From a virus (lineage: Duplodnaviria > Caudoviricetes): 60,358 bases of DNA. The notes under the pieces were generated by a model that saw only the letters and a list, made by a program, of their open reading frames with translations, was not told the DNA's origin and ran no database searches. The DNA lies in IMG/VR virus record IMGVR_UViG_3300023179_000114, positions 1 through 60,358 of that record. The stretch is one strand, 5' to 3'. Below, one piece after another: positions 39,859 to 49,773 of this stretch (position 1 is the first letter of the stretch; each line of letters begins with the position of its first letter). Position numbers and translations under genes: made by a program.

Positions 39859-40365
39859 ATGAATGTGATGAATACTATGGTTGATGAATTTCGCCGCACC
39901 GAAGATGGTAAAATTATCCAAGGTGCTAGCCACACTTGTCGAGTGTTAAATCATAAGGTTCGTAACAAAGTTATTATCAAGGCTGTTTGCGATCTGCGTA
40001 AGATTGCAGATGAGTTTGATAGTATCGCTTGCTGCGGAGTAAGCGGCTTGACTGTTGTTCCACAAATAGCAGAAATTCTCAATAAGCATATAGTAGTTAT
40101 TCGTAAGCCAGATGAGAAACGCTATAGTGATTTTTATATTGAAGGTGTTTCTCCATTTCGATATGTTATTGTTGATGATCTAATCTGCTCTGGAGATACT
40201 CTAAAGTGGATCAAGCAAGCAATCTATGAGGATAATCCGAAGGCTCGGTGTGTTGGGTTGTATTGCTATATTCCAGAAGAGTGTGCGTATACTCAGGCAA
40301 CAACCAAAGAATTTGAAGCACGATACCGAATCCCTCTCCTAAATCCTGCTCCAGTAAAGAGTTAG
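39859..40365 (+). CDS. Phosphoribosyltransferase-fold protein
   Basis: PRPP-binding motif YVIVDDLICSGDT. Confidence 0.8.
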   Translation: MNVMNTMVDEFRRTEDGKIIQGASHTCRVLNHKVRNKVIIKAVCDLRKIADEFDSIACCGVSGLTVVPQIAEILNKHIVVIRKPDEKRYSDFYIEGVSPFRYVIVDDLICSGDTLKWIKQAIYEDNPKARCVGLYCYIPEECAYTQATTKEFEARYRIPLLNPAPVKS

Positions 40366-40519
40366 AGCAAATCTGTGCCGCCCGCCGCGTCGTAAGTGCT
40401 TACGCTGCAACACCTTACGGACCGAAATTTTTTCACAAGTTTTCCGCTTGACAAGCCGATAAGTATAGTGTAGAATCAGTCTAGTTGAACGAAGAACAAG
40501 TAACACGAAAGGGTTGATT

Positions 40520-41467
40520 ATGCCTGCTATGGTTGAAAAGATGATGTTTGTTGGTGCTACCCCTTGGCATGGTGAGGGTACTCAGTTGGATGAAAATCCC
40601 TCGATCAGTGAAGCAATTACCGCTGCTGGTCTGGATTGGGAAGTCGGTACTAAGCCGCTGTTCACGGCGGAAGGTACTGAAGTCAATGCGAAGGCTACCT
40701 ATCGCAAGACCGACAATCGGGTGCTTGGGGTTGTCGGCCCTCGATATACTCCGCTCCAGAATCAGGATGCTTTTGATTGGTTCCAGCCGTTTCTGGACGC
40801 TGGTGAGTGCCAACTGCATACCGCCGGTTCGCTCAGTGAGGGCGAAAAGGTTTGGGTGTTGGCTCAACTCAACCGTGCGAACAGCGAGATTGTTCCTGGT
40901 GATGAAGTGAGTAAGTTCATCCTGCTGTCGAATAGCCATGACGGAACTACGTCGATTCGTGTCGGATACACTCCGATTCGCGTCGTATGTGTGAATACTC
41001 TCGCGGCTGCTCACAATAGTAAGGATAGCCAGTTGATTCGTATTCGTCACACTCGCTCCAGCAAGACCAATCTGGAAAACGTGCGTGACATTATGGACAA
41101 TATCAATGCTCAGTTTGAGGCTACTGCGGAACAGTATCGGTTCCTCGCCAGTAAGGACTTCAATCAAGCAGATATCAAGCGTTATGTGAAGGTCGTGCTG
41201 GGTATTGATAAGACTCCCGACGAGGATATCAAGACTCGCACGAAGAATATCATGGATGAGATTCTCGCCCTTGTCGAAGGCCCGAAGCAAACGGCTGCCA
41301 ATGTGCGTGGTACATGGTGGGCTGCTTATAACGGGTACAATGAGTATCTGAATTACAACAAGGGTCGCAACGTGAGCAATCGCCTCGATTCGCTCTGGTT
41401 CGGCCAGAATGGGGTGGATAACCTCAAGGCACTCAATACCGCAGTGGAGTTTGCGAACGCCGTCTGA
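40520..41467 (+). CDS. DUF932 family phage/plasmid protein
   Basis: PWHG.G...AGLDWEV...Y..LQN..AF...TAGSL..G..VW...NSHDG...PIRVVC.NTL...GT.W.AYN. Confidence 0.85.
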   Translation: MPAMVEKMMFVGATPWHGEGTQLDENPSISEAITAAGLDWEVGTKPLFTAEGTEVNAKATYRKTDNRVLGVVGPRYTPLQNQDAFDWFQPFLDAGECQLHTAGSLSEGEKVWVLAQLNRANSEIVPGDEVSKFILLSNSHDGTTSIRVGYTPIRVVCVNTLAAAHNSKDSQLIRIRHTRSSKTNLENVRDIMDNINAQFEATAEQYRFLASKDFNQADIKRYVKVVLGIDKTPDEDIKTRTKNIMDEILALVEGPKQTAANVRGTWWAAYNGYNEYLNYNKGRNVSNRLDSLWFGQNGVDNLKALNTAVEFANAV

Positions 41468-41468
41468 T

Positions 41469-41533
41469 CTTTTCGTGTCACGATGAAAAGGGGGAGAGCC
41501 GTGGCTGGGAAACCGGCTGCGGCTTTCTCTTTT
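41469..41533 (+). terminator. Double hairpin ending in a strong terminator
   Basis: CTTTTCGT/ATGAAAAG, then GAGAGCCGTGGCTGG-GAAA-CCGGCTGCGGCTTTC plus T-run. Confidence 0.8.
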
Positions 41534-42471
41534 GAATCGGTAGCATTTGACGTAAGTGCTTGGTATTAAAGAACTTAGGGCGAACCGGGCCCCGAAATTT
41601 CGTCCTAAGTTTAGTAGTGATAAGGGGTTACGAAGTTTTTGTAATGGACAAGAGGAGAGAGTGCCGATATAATGGAAGGGTTCCGGTTGTAAGTGTTTAT
41701 GGGACAAAGAGTTAGGTTAAAATCTTAACTATAAATGTAAAGAGTAGAATCTTTTAATTTGTCTCGCCTAATCCAGCGGATTTGCTGGTCATGCTGATAG
41801 TCAGCCAAAATACTGGTATAGTAACAAGAGAGACTGATTCTAAATTCTTATGTGCCAACCACTTGCGATCAGTCTTAGGGTGTGGTATACTATACAATGT
41901 AACAACCTTGTAAAAGGTATAGTAAATAATTAGTTGAGATTAGTTCTCAATATAAGATATTTTTATAGTCTCACCTAATCTTTCAGATTTGGCGGTCTTA
42001 GTGATAGTCAGCGAGTTTTAGGGGTATAAATAATATATGTTCTAAGGAGCATGTATTATGAAAATATTAGAACCCCCTCCTAATTTTCTGTACTATCTGA
42101 TAGTTTATTTATGGGTGCAATTTCTAATGTGGTACGGGCCTTGATTATGCAGAAAGAGAAAGATGAAAATTGTCGTAATATTTGATTTTCCTGAGATTAA
42201 AGATGTTGAGAGTGAAGAGGCTACCTTTGCTATTGATAGTCTTAGTAATGATCTAGAAATTATGTCTAATACTACTTTATACCAGTGGTATATTGACGAG
42301 GCTTTTGGAGATATTCCTGATGAAAATAATTAAGATCAATATGGAACTCGTTGTAGACGACGATCTTGACTATGATAAGGATAGGATTGCTAATTATCTG
42401 AATAATAAATTGTATACTGATCCTGAGTTTTTTGGGGATTTTGGTCCTGAAAATATTGTGGAGATTAAAGA

Positions 42472-42669
42472 ATGGGAATGATTACTGTTAATGATAAAAA
42501 TCGTGATGATATTATCCGAGTCTATGCTTCTAGTATCTTAGATGGTATGGATTTTGATACTCTTTATAGTTTTGCTTATGAAAAGTTGGTGGAAAGTAAA
42601 GATCTTATGGATAATGAACCACTGGAAAATGAGATACTAGAATTTTATCCTGAAATATTAGATCAATAA
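42472..42669 (+). CDS. Paralog family P member 1
   Basis: NR..I...Y...I...MD...EI...YPE.L. Confidence 0.7.
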   Translation: MGMITVNDKNRDDIIRVYASSILDGMDFDTLYSFAYEKLVESKDLMDNEPLENEILEFYPEILDQ

Positions 42670-42670
42670 A

Positions 42671-43042
42671 TTAGCATGGTATTGATGGGCTTCTCCAAAC
42701 ATAAGTATTTCCAACTCGCGGCGGTATAATATATGGATTAGATAGATCAGGACTACTACAAAACAGACTAGGATCTGGGGGCCCCTGTTCTGCAGGACAG
42801 GGAGAAGAATTAGCCCAGTATATCCATCTGCCGCCGGCGCACTCCATGCTCCATGCATGATCACACGGGGATATACAATAATCTGGACATGGTCCATTTA
42901 AACCAGCGTTTGCGAGAGTCCTATCTCTTATTATGTTTGAGGAACCATCACAACAACTATTACTATTGCAATCATTAAGAGATGAATAACCTCTTTGTCC
43001 ACTTGGCAGGGTTTCCCCATATACTAATTTTCTACATGGCAT
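42671..43042 (-). CDS. Cys-rich protein, paralog of 4692..5096
   Basis: Shared termini; AAGGAG RBS; TGGTGTATA motif upstream. Confidence 0.85.
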   Translation of the reverse strand: MPCRKLVYGETLPSGQRGYSSLNDCNSNSCCDGSSNIIRDRTLANAGLNGPCPDYCISPCDHAWSMECAGGRWIYWANSSPCPAEQGPPDPSLFCSSPDLSNPYIIPPRVGNTYVWRSPSIPC

Positions 43043-43119
43043 AGTTTTCTCCTTAATATATTATACACCATAATAGGATAAAAATACTGACTCATAAAAT
43101 ATAAAAGGGAGATTTTAAA

Positions 43120-43314
43120 ATGAAAAATATAATAGATTCTGAAACAAGAAGAGATCTATTGGAAAATTATGTTGAAAGATTTGTTCTTGATTTATCCTCT
43201 GAGGAGATTAGAAACTTATTGATTGATTATATTTATGATGAAAAGAGTAGAATGACTAATGTTGCTCTTATTGCTGAAATTAATGATACTTATCCAGATT
43301 TGTTGGTTGATTGA
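43120..43314 (+). CDS. Paralog family P member 2
   Basis: Same spacing pattern, ending EINDTYPDLL. Confidence 0.7.
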   Translation: MKNIIDSETRRDLLENYVERFVLDLSSEEIRNLLIDYIYDEKSRMTNVALIAEINDTYPDLLVD

Positions 43315-43985
43315 AATACTACGCTAATTAACCGTTTTGATCCAACTTCTTTAATCTCAAGGGGTTGTGGAGAGTCGTGCGTGTGGTATACTAGATCTGA
43401 GGAAAGGAGGAATTGTGGTAATTTTTACAATAATCTTAACTATTCTAGCCTATTTATGTTTTATTAGCAGCATCTGTTTGGTTTATAAGATATCCTGTCA
43501 ACCAGGTAGAAATATTGATGGTAACAAAATTAATAAATTCTAAAATCAATAATGATGCAAGAGTAAGTTGCTCAACCTGATAATAACTTCTTCCCCAATC
43601 TTGTCAACACCAGGAGGTTTTGTGATATTGTTGATTCTTCTTTGTTTCTTTGCTCTAGAATCTTAAGTATCTAGATTCTATTCTTATGTACTACTAACTC
43701 TAATCCTATGTAAACTCAAATAGAATTAAATGCCCAACTGCATAACATATAATGCCAAAATTGACCATAATCAAGGTGTAAATTTCTAATACTCTATCAT
43801 CTAATAAAACTATATTATTAAGCACTAAAGCACAAGAAAAGCTTTTAAAAATTTTATTGGCCAACAAGATCTTTTATGGTATAATACGTTGGTCAACGAG
43901 GTTGATGATTAGTTGCTGAGTAAGAGCGAAGAATCATCGGACTCATGGACAATTGTATCTTTTACTTTTGTTTATGAGGTGATTT

Positions 43986-44231
43986 ATGGCTAGTGCTTTT
44001 AGTGTCACAGATTCTAATCGTGACGAGATTCAGGTTAAATATGTAGATTCTATAATTGCTCATTTAGACTTTATAGAAATACGAAGTTTGCTTAGAGATT
44101 ATCTTCATAGTGAAAAAGATAAGTATTCTAATGCTGATTTAGCTGACGAAATTAAGAGCCGCGACCCAACAGTTTGTAAAGAAGTTTTTGGGCGTTTTTA
44201 CAGACCTTTAAGAGAAGGAGTAGAAGTATGA
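43986..44231 (+). CDS. Paralog family P member 3
   Basis: NRDEI..KYVD.II..LD...EK...L.DEI...DP. Confidence 0.7.
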   Translation: MASAFSVTDSNRDEIQVKYVDSIIAHLDFIEIRSLLRDYLHSEKDKYSNADLADEIKSRDPTVCKEVFGRFYRPLREGVEV

Positions 44232-44467
44232 CTACTCCAATAGATATTCGACATATTAATGTTGATAATAAACAATATTATGCTCGAAAATTTGCTGAAA
44301 AGTTAGTTAGTAGTATGGATTATAAAGAGTTAGTTGATACAGCACAAGAATACTTTTATAGAGACAAAATGAAGGAGCCGATTAGCATCCTTGAAGAAGA
44401 AATCTATAAGAGTTTCCCTGAACTGTTACAATCATACTCTTTAGAAAGGGAGGCCCATCATGCCTAA
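44228..44467 (+). CDS. Paralog family P member 4
   Basis: NK......F...MD...EYFYRDK...LEEEI...FPELL. Confidence 0.7.
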   Translation: MTTPIDIRHINVDNKQYYARKFAEKLVSSMDYKELVDTAQEYFYRDKMKEPISILEEEIYKSFPELLQSYSLEREAHHA

Positions 44468-44702
44468 AGTCTTCCATAGGACTATATCATTCGATGTGGA
44501 GGGGGAGATTTATGACACTGATACCTCACCAGAGGATATTTTAAAAAACTATGACTTTCACTTTAAAGACTATGATGATTGTGGAGAAAAATCATTCTTA
44601 TCTTTAGAACACAAAGATCATAGAGGTAAGATTACTAGTGTAAGTAATCGACCTAAAATTAGTAAAAGTAAAAAAAGAGATACTGAATACTTTATAATAT
44701 GA
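44460..44702 (+). CDS. Hypothetical protein
   Basis: GGAGG RBS; overlaps upstream gene. Confidence 0.6.
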   Translation: MPKVFHRTISFDVEGEIYDTDTSPEDILKNYDFHFKDYDDCGEKSFLSLEHKDHRGKITSVSNRPKISKSKKRDTEYFII

Positions 44703-45025
44703 GGTGACTTATGATAGATTTTCCTATAGTAACTTGGTATTGGATTGGTGGTGTAACATTTACACTTTTAACACTAATAGGTTTGAGCGTTTGGTTTAAC
44801 TATTTTTACCAACCTCATACTCATAGTAAAAGCTAGTAATTAATCTAATATAATCAGGTCCGGCGATTAGTCCCAGCTAATCTGCCGGATTTGGTTTTTT
44901 TGGTTGTAGTCAGCCAAATTGTAAAACCATAAGAAATGACCATCTTGTGCTTTAGACCACAAACAACTATTATATCACAAATAACGTCGCAGGGATGCGA
45001 CACATCTTTTAACTGGAGAAAAATA

Positions 45026-45244
45026 ATGAAGAATGTACTATTACTAATCGCTCTTATGTTTGTTGGATCAGTTAGTTATGCTGGTGAATGTGTTAGTGGA
45101 AACTGCAAGGTTCTTCGTAGTCGTGCTGTTACTGTTACTCAAGAAATTGTTCAGGTTCCTGTAGCGGTAACTCGTCGTACTGTTGAAGCATCTCGTAATG
45201 TTGGTTCACGAACAGTTAACAGAGTTCGTAGTCTAGTACGTTAA
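45026..45244 (+). CDS. Small secreted protein
   Basis: Signal peptide MKNVLLLIALMFVGSVSYA followed by C.SG.C. Confidence 0.65.
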   Translation: MKNVLLLIALMFVGSVSYAGECVSGNCKVLRSRAVTVTQEIVQVPVAVTRRTVEASRNVGSRTVNRVRSLVR

Positions 45245-45330
45245 TCTTATTTTATCATACAAACAAACCCCGGATGCCTCTTAACAATGCACACTTTCCG
45301 GGGTCTTGTTTATCTATTCAAGGAGGAATT

Positions 45331-45678
45331 ATGAAAATTTTTATGGTCTCTTTACTATTATTTTTTGTCACTACTTTAACCGTTCAGGCTGCAAAACCAA
45401 AGTATTATACTTATAGTCAGCCAAATATGAAGGTTCAAAGTTATACATCATCAATTGGAAATAGTGATCAAGAAAGATGTCAAGCAGAAGCTAATTATAT
45501 GGCAGCTAATAATATCTCTGGTCATGTATGGGGAACTATAGGAAATTTTGAAGGAGTAGGATATGGTTCTAGTCCCAATTGTAACACTTGTGTTCCTAGT
45601 GGTCGAATGAATCTAACAGGAGATGCAAGCGCTCAAGGTCGTAATGGAATGTGGTATAGAGTAAGAAGTTGGAGATAA
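45331..45678 (+). CDS. Secreted protein with minimal CAP/SCP-like domain
   Basis: Signal peptide; EANYMA...GH...FEGVG...C...GDASAQG.NG.WY..R. Confidence 0.6.
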   Translation: MKIFMVSLLLFFVTTLTVQAAKPKYYTYSQPNMKVQSYTSSIGNSDQERCQAEANYMAANNISGHVWGTIGNFEGVGYGSSPNCNTCVPSGRMNLTGDASAQGRNGMWYRVRSWR

Positions 45679-45754
45679 TTAACTGTCAGACCTAACATAT
45701 TTTAAACAGACTATCTGGCATTATGGTGTATAACTCTATATTTAAGGAGTTATT

Positions 45755-46462
45755 ATGTCCAGAAAAACTAGTCAAATTTGGAAAATAGATAATAGTAGTC
45801 TACAACATATACTTGATACATCCTCAAGTATTGTAGACGTTTTGAGACAACTTAATCTCAATCCTCATAGTGGAAATCATAGAACTTTATATAAAAGACT
45901 TGAGGAAGAAAAGTTTTCTTTAGATAGGTTAAAAGTTAATAGAGCAGAGAGACTTAAATTTATTAAAAAAAGCATAAAAGTTTTTTCTGATATTTTTATT
46001 GAAAATTCAACCTGCAATAGGACAAATATTAGATCAAAAATTATTAAACATAATCTTATACCTTATGAGTGCAGTAAATGTAAAAATAAAGGTAATTGGC
46101 TCAACGAAAAACTATCACTACAGTTGGAACATATCAATGGTATCGGTAATGATCATCGTTTGTCTAACTTAACTTTTCTTTGTCCGAATTGTCATAGTCA
46201 AACAAAAACATTTGCTGGAAAGAAAAATAGAAAAGAGCCAAAAAAATGTATAGATTGCCATGCTCAAACGATATTAAGGTCAAGTACAAGATGTAATAAA
46301 TGTAGTTCCATATTAAAAGGTAAAAAACAGCGCAAATTTAATATTGATAAAACAGAACTAGAAAAATTATTGAAAACAAACAATATAAATCAAATTAGTA
46401 AAAAATATAATGTCTCATTTACAACAGTTAAAAAATACTGCATAAAATATGGTCTCATCTAA
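45755..46462 (+). CDS. HNH homing endonuclease (paralog of 38141..38854)
   Basis: LQLEHING...DHRLSNL.FLCPNCHSQT; C-terminal HTH. Confidence 0.9.
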   Translation: MSRKTSQIWKIDNSSLQHILDTSSSIVDVLRQLNLNPHSGNHRTLYKRLEEEKFSLDRLKVNRAERLKFIKKSIKVFSDIFIENSTCNRTNIRSKIIKHNLIPYECSKCKNKGNWLNEKLSLQLEHINGIGNDHRLSNLTFLCPNCHSQTKTFAGKKNRKEPKKCIDCHAQTILRSSTRCNKCSSILKGKKQRKFNIDKTELEKLLKTNNINQISKKYNVSFTTVKKYCIKYGLI

Positions 46463-46464
46463 TA

Positions 46465-46494
46465 ATGTCGAGGGTTCGATTCCCTTCTCTTGCT
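46465..46494 (+). pseudogene. Orphan tRNA 3' half
   Basis: ATGTC-GAGGG TTCGATT CCCTT-CTCTTGC-T immediately after the HNH stop; no matching 5' half nearby. Confidence 0.6.
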
Positions 46495-46610
46495 TTGTCT
46501 CAGCTAATATAATGGATTTGGTTTTAATGGTTTCAGCTAGCCAAAAATAAGAATTTGATTTGACATTATGTTATAGTCTGGTACAATAGGTGTTATAATG
46601 GGAGGTTATT

Positions 46611-46877
46611 ATGAAAACTTTAAGAGTAACACCAGATAATAAATCTTATGTGATACAGAAATATTGTGATTATGTTATCTCAAGAATGGACTCTGAAGAA
46701 ATATATAATTCATTTAAAGATTATTTTTATAGAGAAAAATCAGGTTATCCTATAGAAACTTTAACACAAGAGATAAAAAGATACTGTCCAGAAGTATTAG
46801 AAGATCATTTAGCAGAGAGTGTGGTTGGTAAAGATAAAGAGTATGTTTTTGAAAATCCTGTGGATCTTACCGATTAG
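46611..46877 (+). CDS. Paralog family P member 5
   Basis: NK..VI.KY...I..MD...DYFYREK...L..EI..YCPEVL. Confidence 0.7.
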   Translation: MKTLRVTPDNKSYVIQKYCDYVISRMDSEEIYNSFKDYFYREKSGYPIETLTQEIKRYCPEVLEDHLAESVVGKDKEYVFENPVDLTD

Positions 46878-49598
46878 TTTCACCTAATATATCAGGATTG
46901 ATTTTTATGATAGAGTCAGCTAAATATGAGAATTAGTATTAGTCTGGAGAATAATTTATCTTGTGAGCTTATTTGTAATAGAGTTCAGAAAGCTATAAAT
47001 GATTATATGAAAGAGTTTAATGATGCAAAAGATGCGCTGATAGTGATAGATATAGTTAAAACTACAGAAGATACTAGTTTTATTCCTAAGATAGAACATA
47101 AACAAATAGTACCTTGATACTATAGTCCGACCCATCTACTATATTTATAGAATATGGATATCTCCTGTTCTACCTAAACTATCAAGTTTGGTTATTATGG
47201 TAACAGTCAGTGAGTTTTATGTTAAAACACACAATAATCAATATAGATAATAAATGCTTGGATCTATTATTAACAGAAGATGAAATAGCCACAGCATTTA
47301 AGCGGGCGTTAGACTATAAAAATAGTTCGTATATTAATCAAGATATTTGTTGCAAGTGTTGGGATATATATACTGCCATTGAGTGCTGCCCGTTCTGGAA
47401 AAAGATTTTAGGACTATGTGAACATTGTGAAGAAATTAACCGTGGAGAAAATTGTGATGGCTAAAAAAAACAAAAAAGTTTCAGAACCAAAAAAGACCGA
47501 GAAAAAAACTAAGTCCCCAAAAAATATTAAAAACCAAAAAGTTAAAGATATTAATGTGGTAGTTCCAATCCCGGCCCCTATTCCTATTAATGTTCCAGTA
47601 ACTATCCCCACAAACATTGGTATTTTTGACAGAATTAAAAAGATTAAAGATAAGGTATTTTCTACATTTGGCCTAAATTCATCAAATGATTAATTTGCTA
47701 GCCCAAACAGTTACTATAGTTAAAAAGCCACTTTGTCCCACATTGGTTCATGATCCAGTAAATAGGATTATAATTTGTATTATAGGACTTTTAATAACAT
47801 CACTAGTACTATACCACATAGGAAAATATTATGGACGATGATTTGGGACTATTGAAAGATTATGGACACTGGATTATGAGTGGAATATTAATATGTTATG
47901 CAATATTGTACTCTTATCTCTGCAACACTTATGGGTCTACAGATGAGTAATCAAGAATTATCGGCATGGATAACTTTGGGAATTTTATTCATAAGTTTAA
48001 TTTTTCCCACAATATATATCATACGGAGAGAAAAATGAAAAATGAAGAATTTCATATACCTTTTGTGAAAAATCTAGTATTTATATGTCTGGTAACTATA
48101 GTTTCTATGGTTTCTGCTCGACTTTTTATTAAAAACTATTTTTATACCCTATCAAATTCCCCACAATATACATCTCAGCAATCCTACAATGAAGCCAAAG
48201 CAGCACAATAAAAGCTAATAACTTCTAATTGATAATAAAATTGATCACTTTTTACTTATTGTGAATGGCCGTGCTGAAAATTGATTAAAGAGAGCAATAG
48301 GAAATGGCCGATAAACCCTCTTGACAACCATGTATCTCTATGGTATACTAGTTACTACTGGTAATAGTGAAAATGTTAATTTTATAGGGGATTATATGTA
48401 TAAAAGTATTATGTTGACCGATAAGGAACTAGAACTTTTAGCCTCTATGATTCGATATTATTTGGGTGAAAAAGACCAAAAAGACAATTTTCAAGTTAAT
48501 AATGCTCATGTTCTTTTACGTCATATTAGTGGTATAAATGCCCGTTTTGGATCTAATCAATTAGTAATTAGTGGGAAATCAACCCAGCAATAAAAAGAAA
48601 TCAAAACTAATGAATATTAATCTTGATAAGCATGAAATTAATCTGATTCTTGACTCATTAGAAAGTTATCAACTGCATATTGAGAATGGGCCATTTCTTG
48701 GATATAAGTATACTTGGAGTCTTGATAATGTGGAAAATTTGGCTAAATATCTGAATGGTATATTGGAGAATAATAATAATGACTAACGAACTCAAAGATA
48801 GAATCCGTAATTTTATTGTTAGTTGGGATAATACTATAGAGGATGCTAATTGGGCAACTTGTGATTTGTTTTTGGAAACGACTATTGATCTCCTAGAAGA
48901 AACTATTGCTGAAAAAAATGACTAAACCAACATTGGCCGAAGATATTGCTTATGCTATTAGTTGTGTTCAAGACTATAAGGATACTATAGATACTGATAC
49001 AGAAAATGGTCAAAAAATCTATGATGATGCCAATGTTCGTATAGAAAGATTAATAACTTTTTATTATCAACTAACAGGATTTGATCCTTACGAGGAAAAG
49101 TAATGATAACTATTCCACGTTGGGAATATTATCTGCTATATTTTATTGCTTTTATGCAGTGCTGGACATTTATAGATAGAATATTGGGAAAATAGAATGT
49201 GGTCTTATTATTTAGTTCAAGAACTTATAATGAACTCTAAGTGGATAGAGGAAAATGGAGATAATTGGGCGGCTGGAAGGGTAGAATGTCATAGTCAAGA
49301 TTCTATGGGTTATTCTGAAAGAGAATATTGGCTAATGATTGATAGAAAAGACTGGAATAAGTTTGATGATTATCTTAGAAGTTTAAACTCAACCTCTTTA
49401 CAAAGCTTAGACGAACTGATACAATCTAGTAAGTTGCCAATAATTCAATTTAAGGCCAAGGAAAAAGTATGACAGTTTATATTGTGATTGGAGAAAAAGA
49501 AAAAGATTAAAAAATATTGTTGACTCCATCAATAATGGTATGGTATAATACAATTTGTGAGAGAAATTTTACCATCCTTTACAGTATTGGAGTTTATT

Positions 49599-49772
49599 AT
49601 GTCTCCTTTTAAAATTAGTATTCTTGTTGCGGCATTTCTAAGTTTCGCTTTGAGTACAGGATTATGGTTTAGTGGAGTAAATAACGCAAAGGATTACGGA
49701 CTATTCGTAGGATTATGGGTTCCTAGTTTCTTATCTCTTGGTAATCTGTTATTGAATAGTAAAGGAGATTAA
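49599..49772 (+). CDS. Small 2-TM membrane protein (paralog at 56870)
   Basis: AAF.SF..S..LWF.G...FVGLWVPS.LSLGNL. Confidence 0.7.
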   Translation: MSPFKISILVAAFLSFALSTGLWFSGVNNAKDYGLFVGLWVPSFLSLGNLLLNSKGD

Positions 49773-49773
49773 C

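Larger units (their letters stand above)
25207..41630. repeat. Dispersed repeat family A: 16 x 78-bp double palindrome (TAAGTnnTT-N7-AAnnACTTA)-N28-(same)
   Basis: Copies start at 25207, 25941, 26416, 27569, 27944, 28627, 29564, 30857, 31890, 32915, 34252, 35557, 37269, 39108, 40340, 41553; extra single palindrome at 41690-41714. Confidence 0.95.
26137..47211 (+). repeat. Dispersed repeat family B: 9 x ~45-bp GTCTCRCCTAATCCNNCGGATTTG-N12-ATAGTCAGC
   Basis: Copies at 26137, 29852, 33145, 41761, 41968, 44870, 46497, 46877, 47167; later copies are degenerate. Confidence 0.9.

Noticed and set aside
25207-41630. Repeat A as a CRISPR array or as classical tyrosine-recombinase crossover sites
   Set aside because: Intervals are 0.3-1.8 kb and contain genes, and no cas genes are present. 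The 7-bp cores differ between copies whereas lambda-type exchange needs matching overlaps, and no recombinase is in the window. Recombination is disfavoured but not excluded.
40481-41707. 408-aa minus-strand ORF
   Set aside because: Antisense to the DUF932 gene and runs through a terminator and repeat; explained by codon bias of the sense gene
42671-43042. DGR template/variable repeat pair with 4692..5096
   Set aside because: Differences include indels and all base types rather than adenine-specific changes, and no reverse transcriptase is in the window
43497-43550. GCAAGAG-TA as the missing 5' half of the tRNA fragment at 46465
   Set aside because: No convincing D or anticodon arm follows, it is 3 kb away, and the segment is better read as a minus-strand TTGACA-N16-TATTAT promoter
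26137-47211. Repeat B as integron attC sites (RCCTAAT start, stop-codon overlap in one copy)
   Set aside because: No RYYYAAC/GTTRRRY pair, no full-length hairpin and no integron integrase seen
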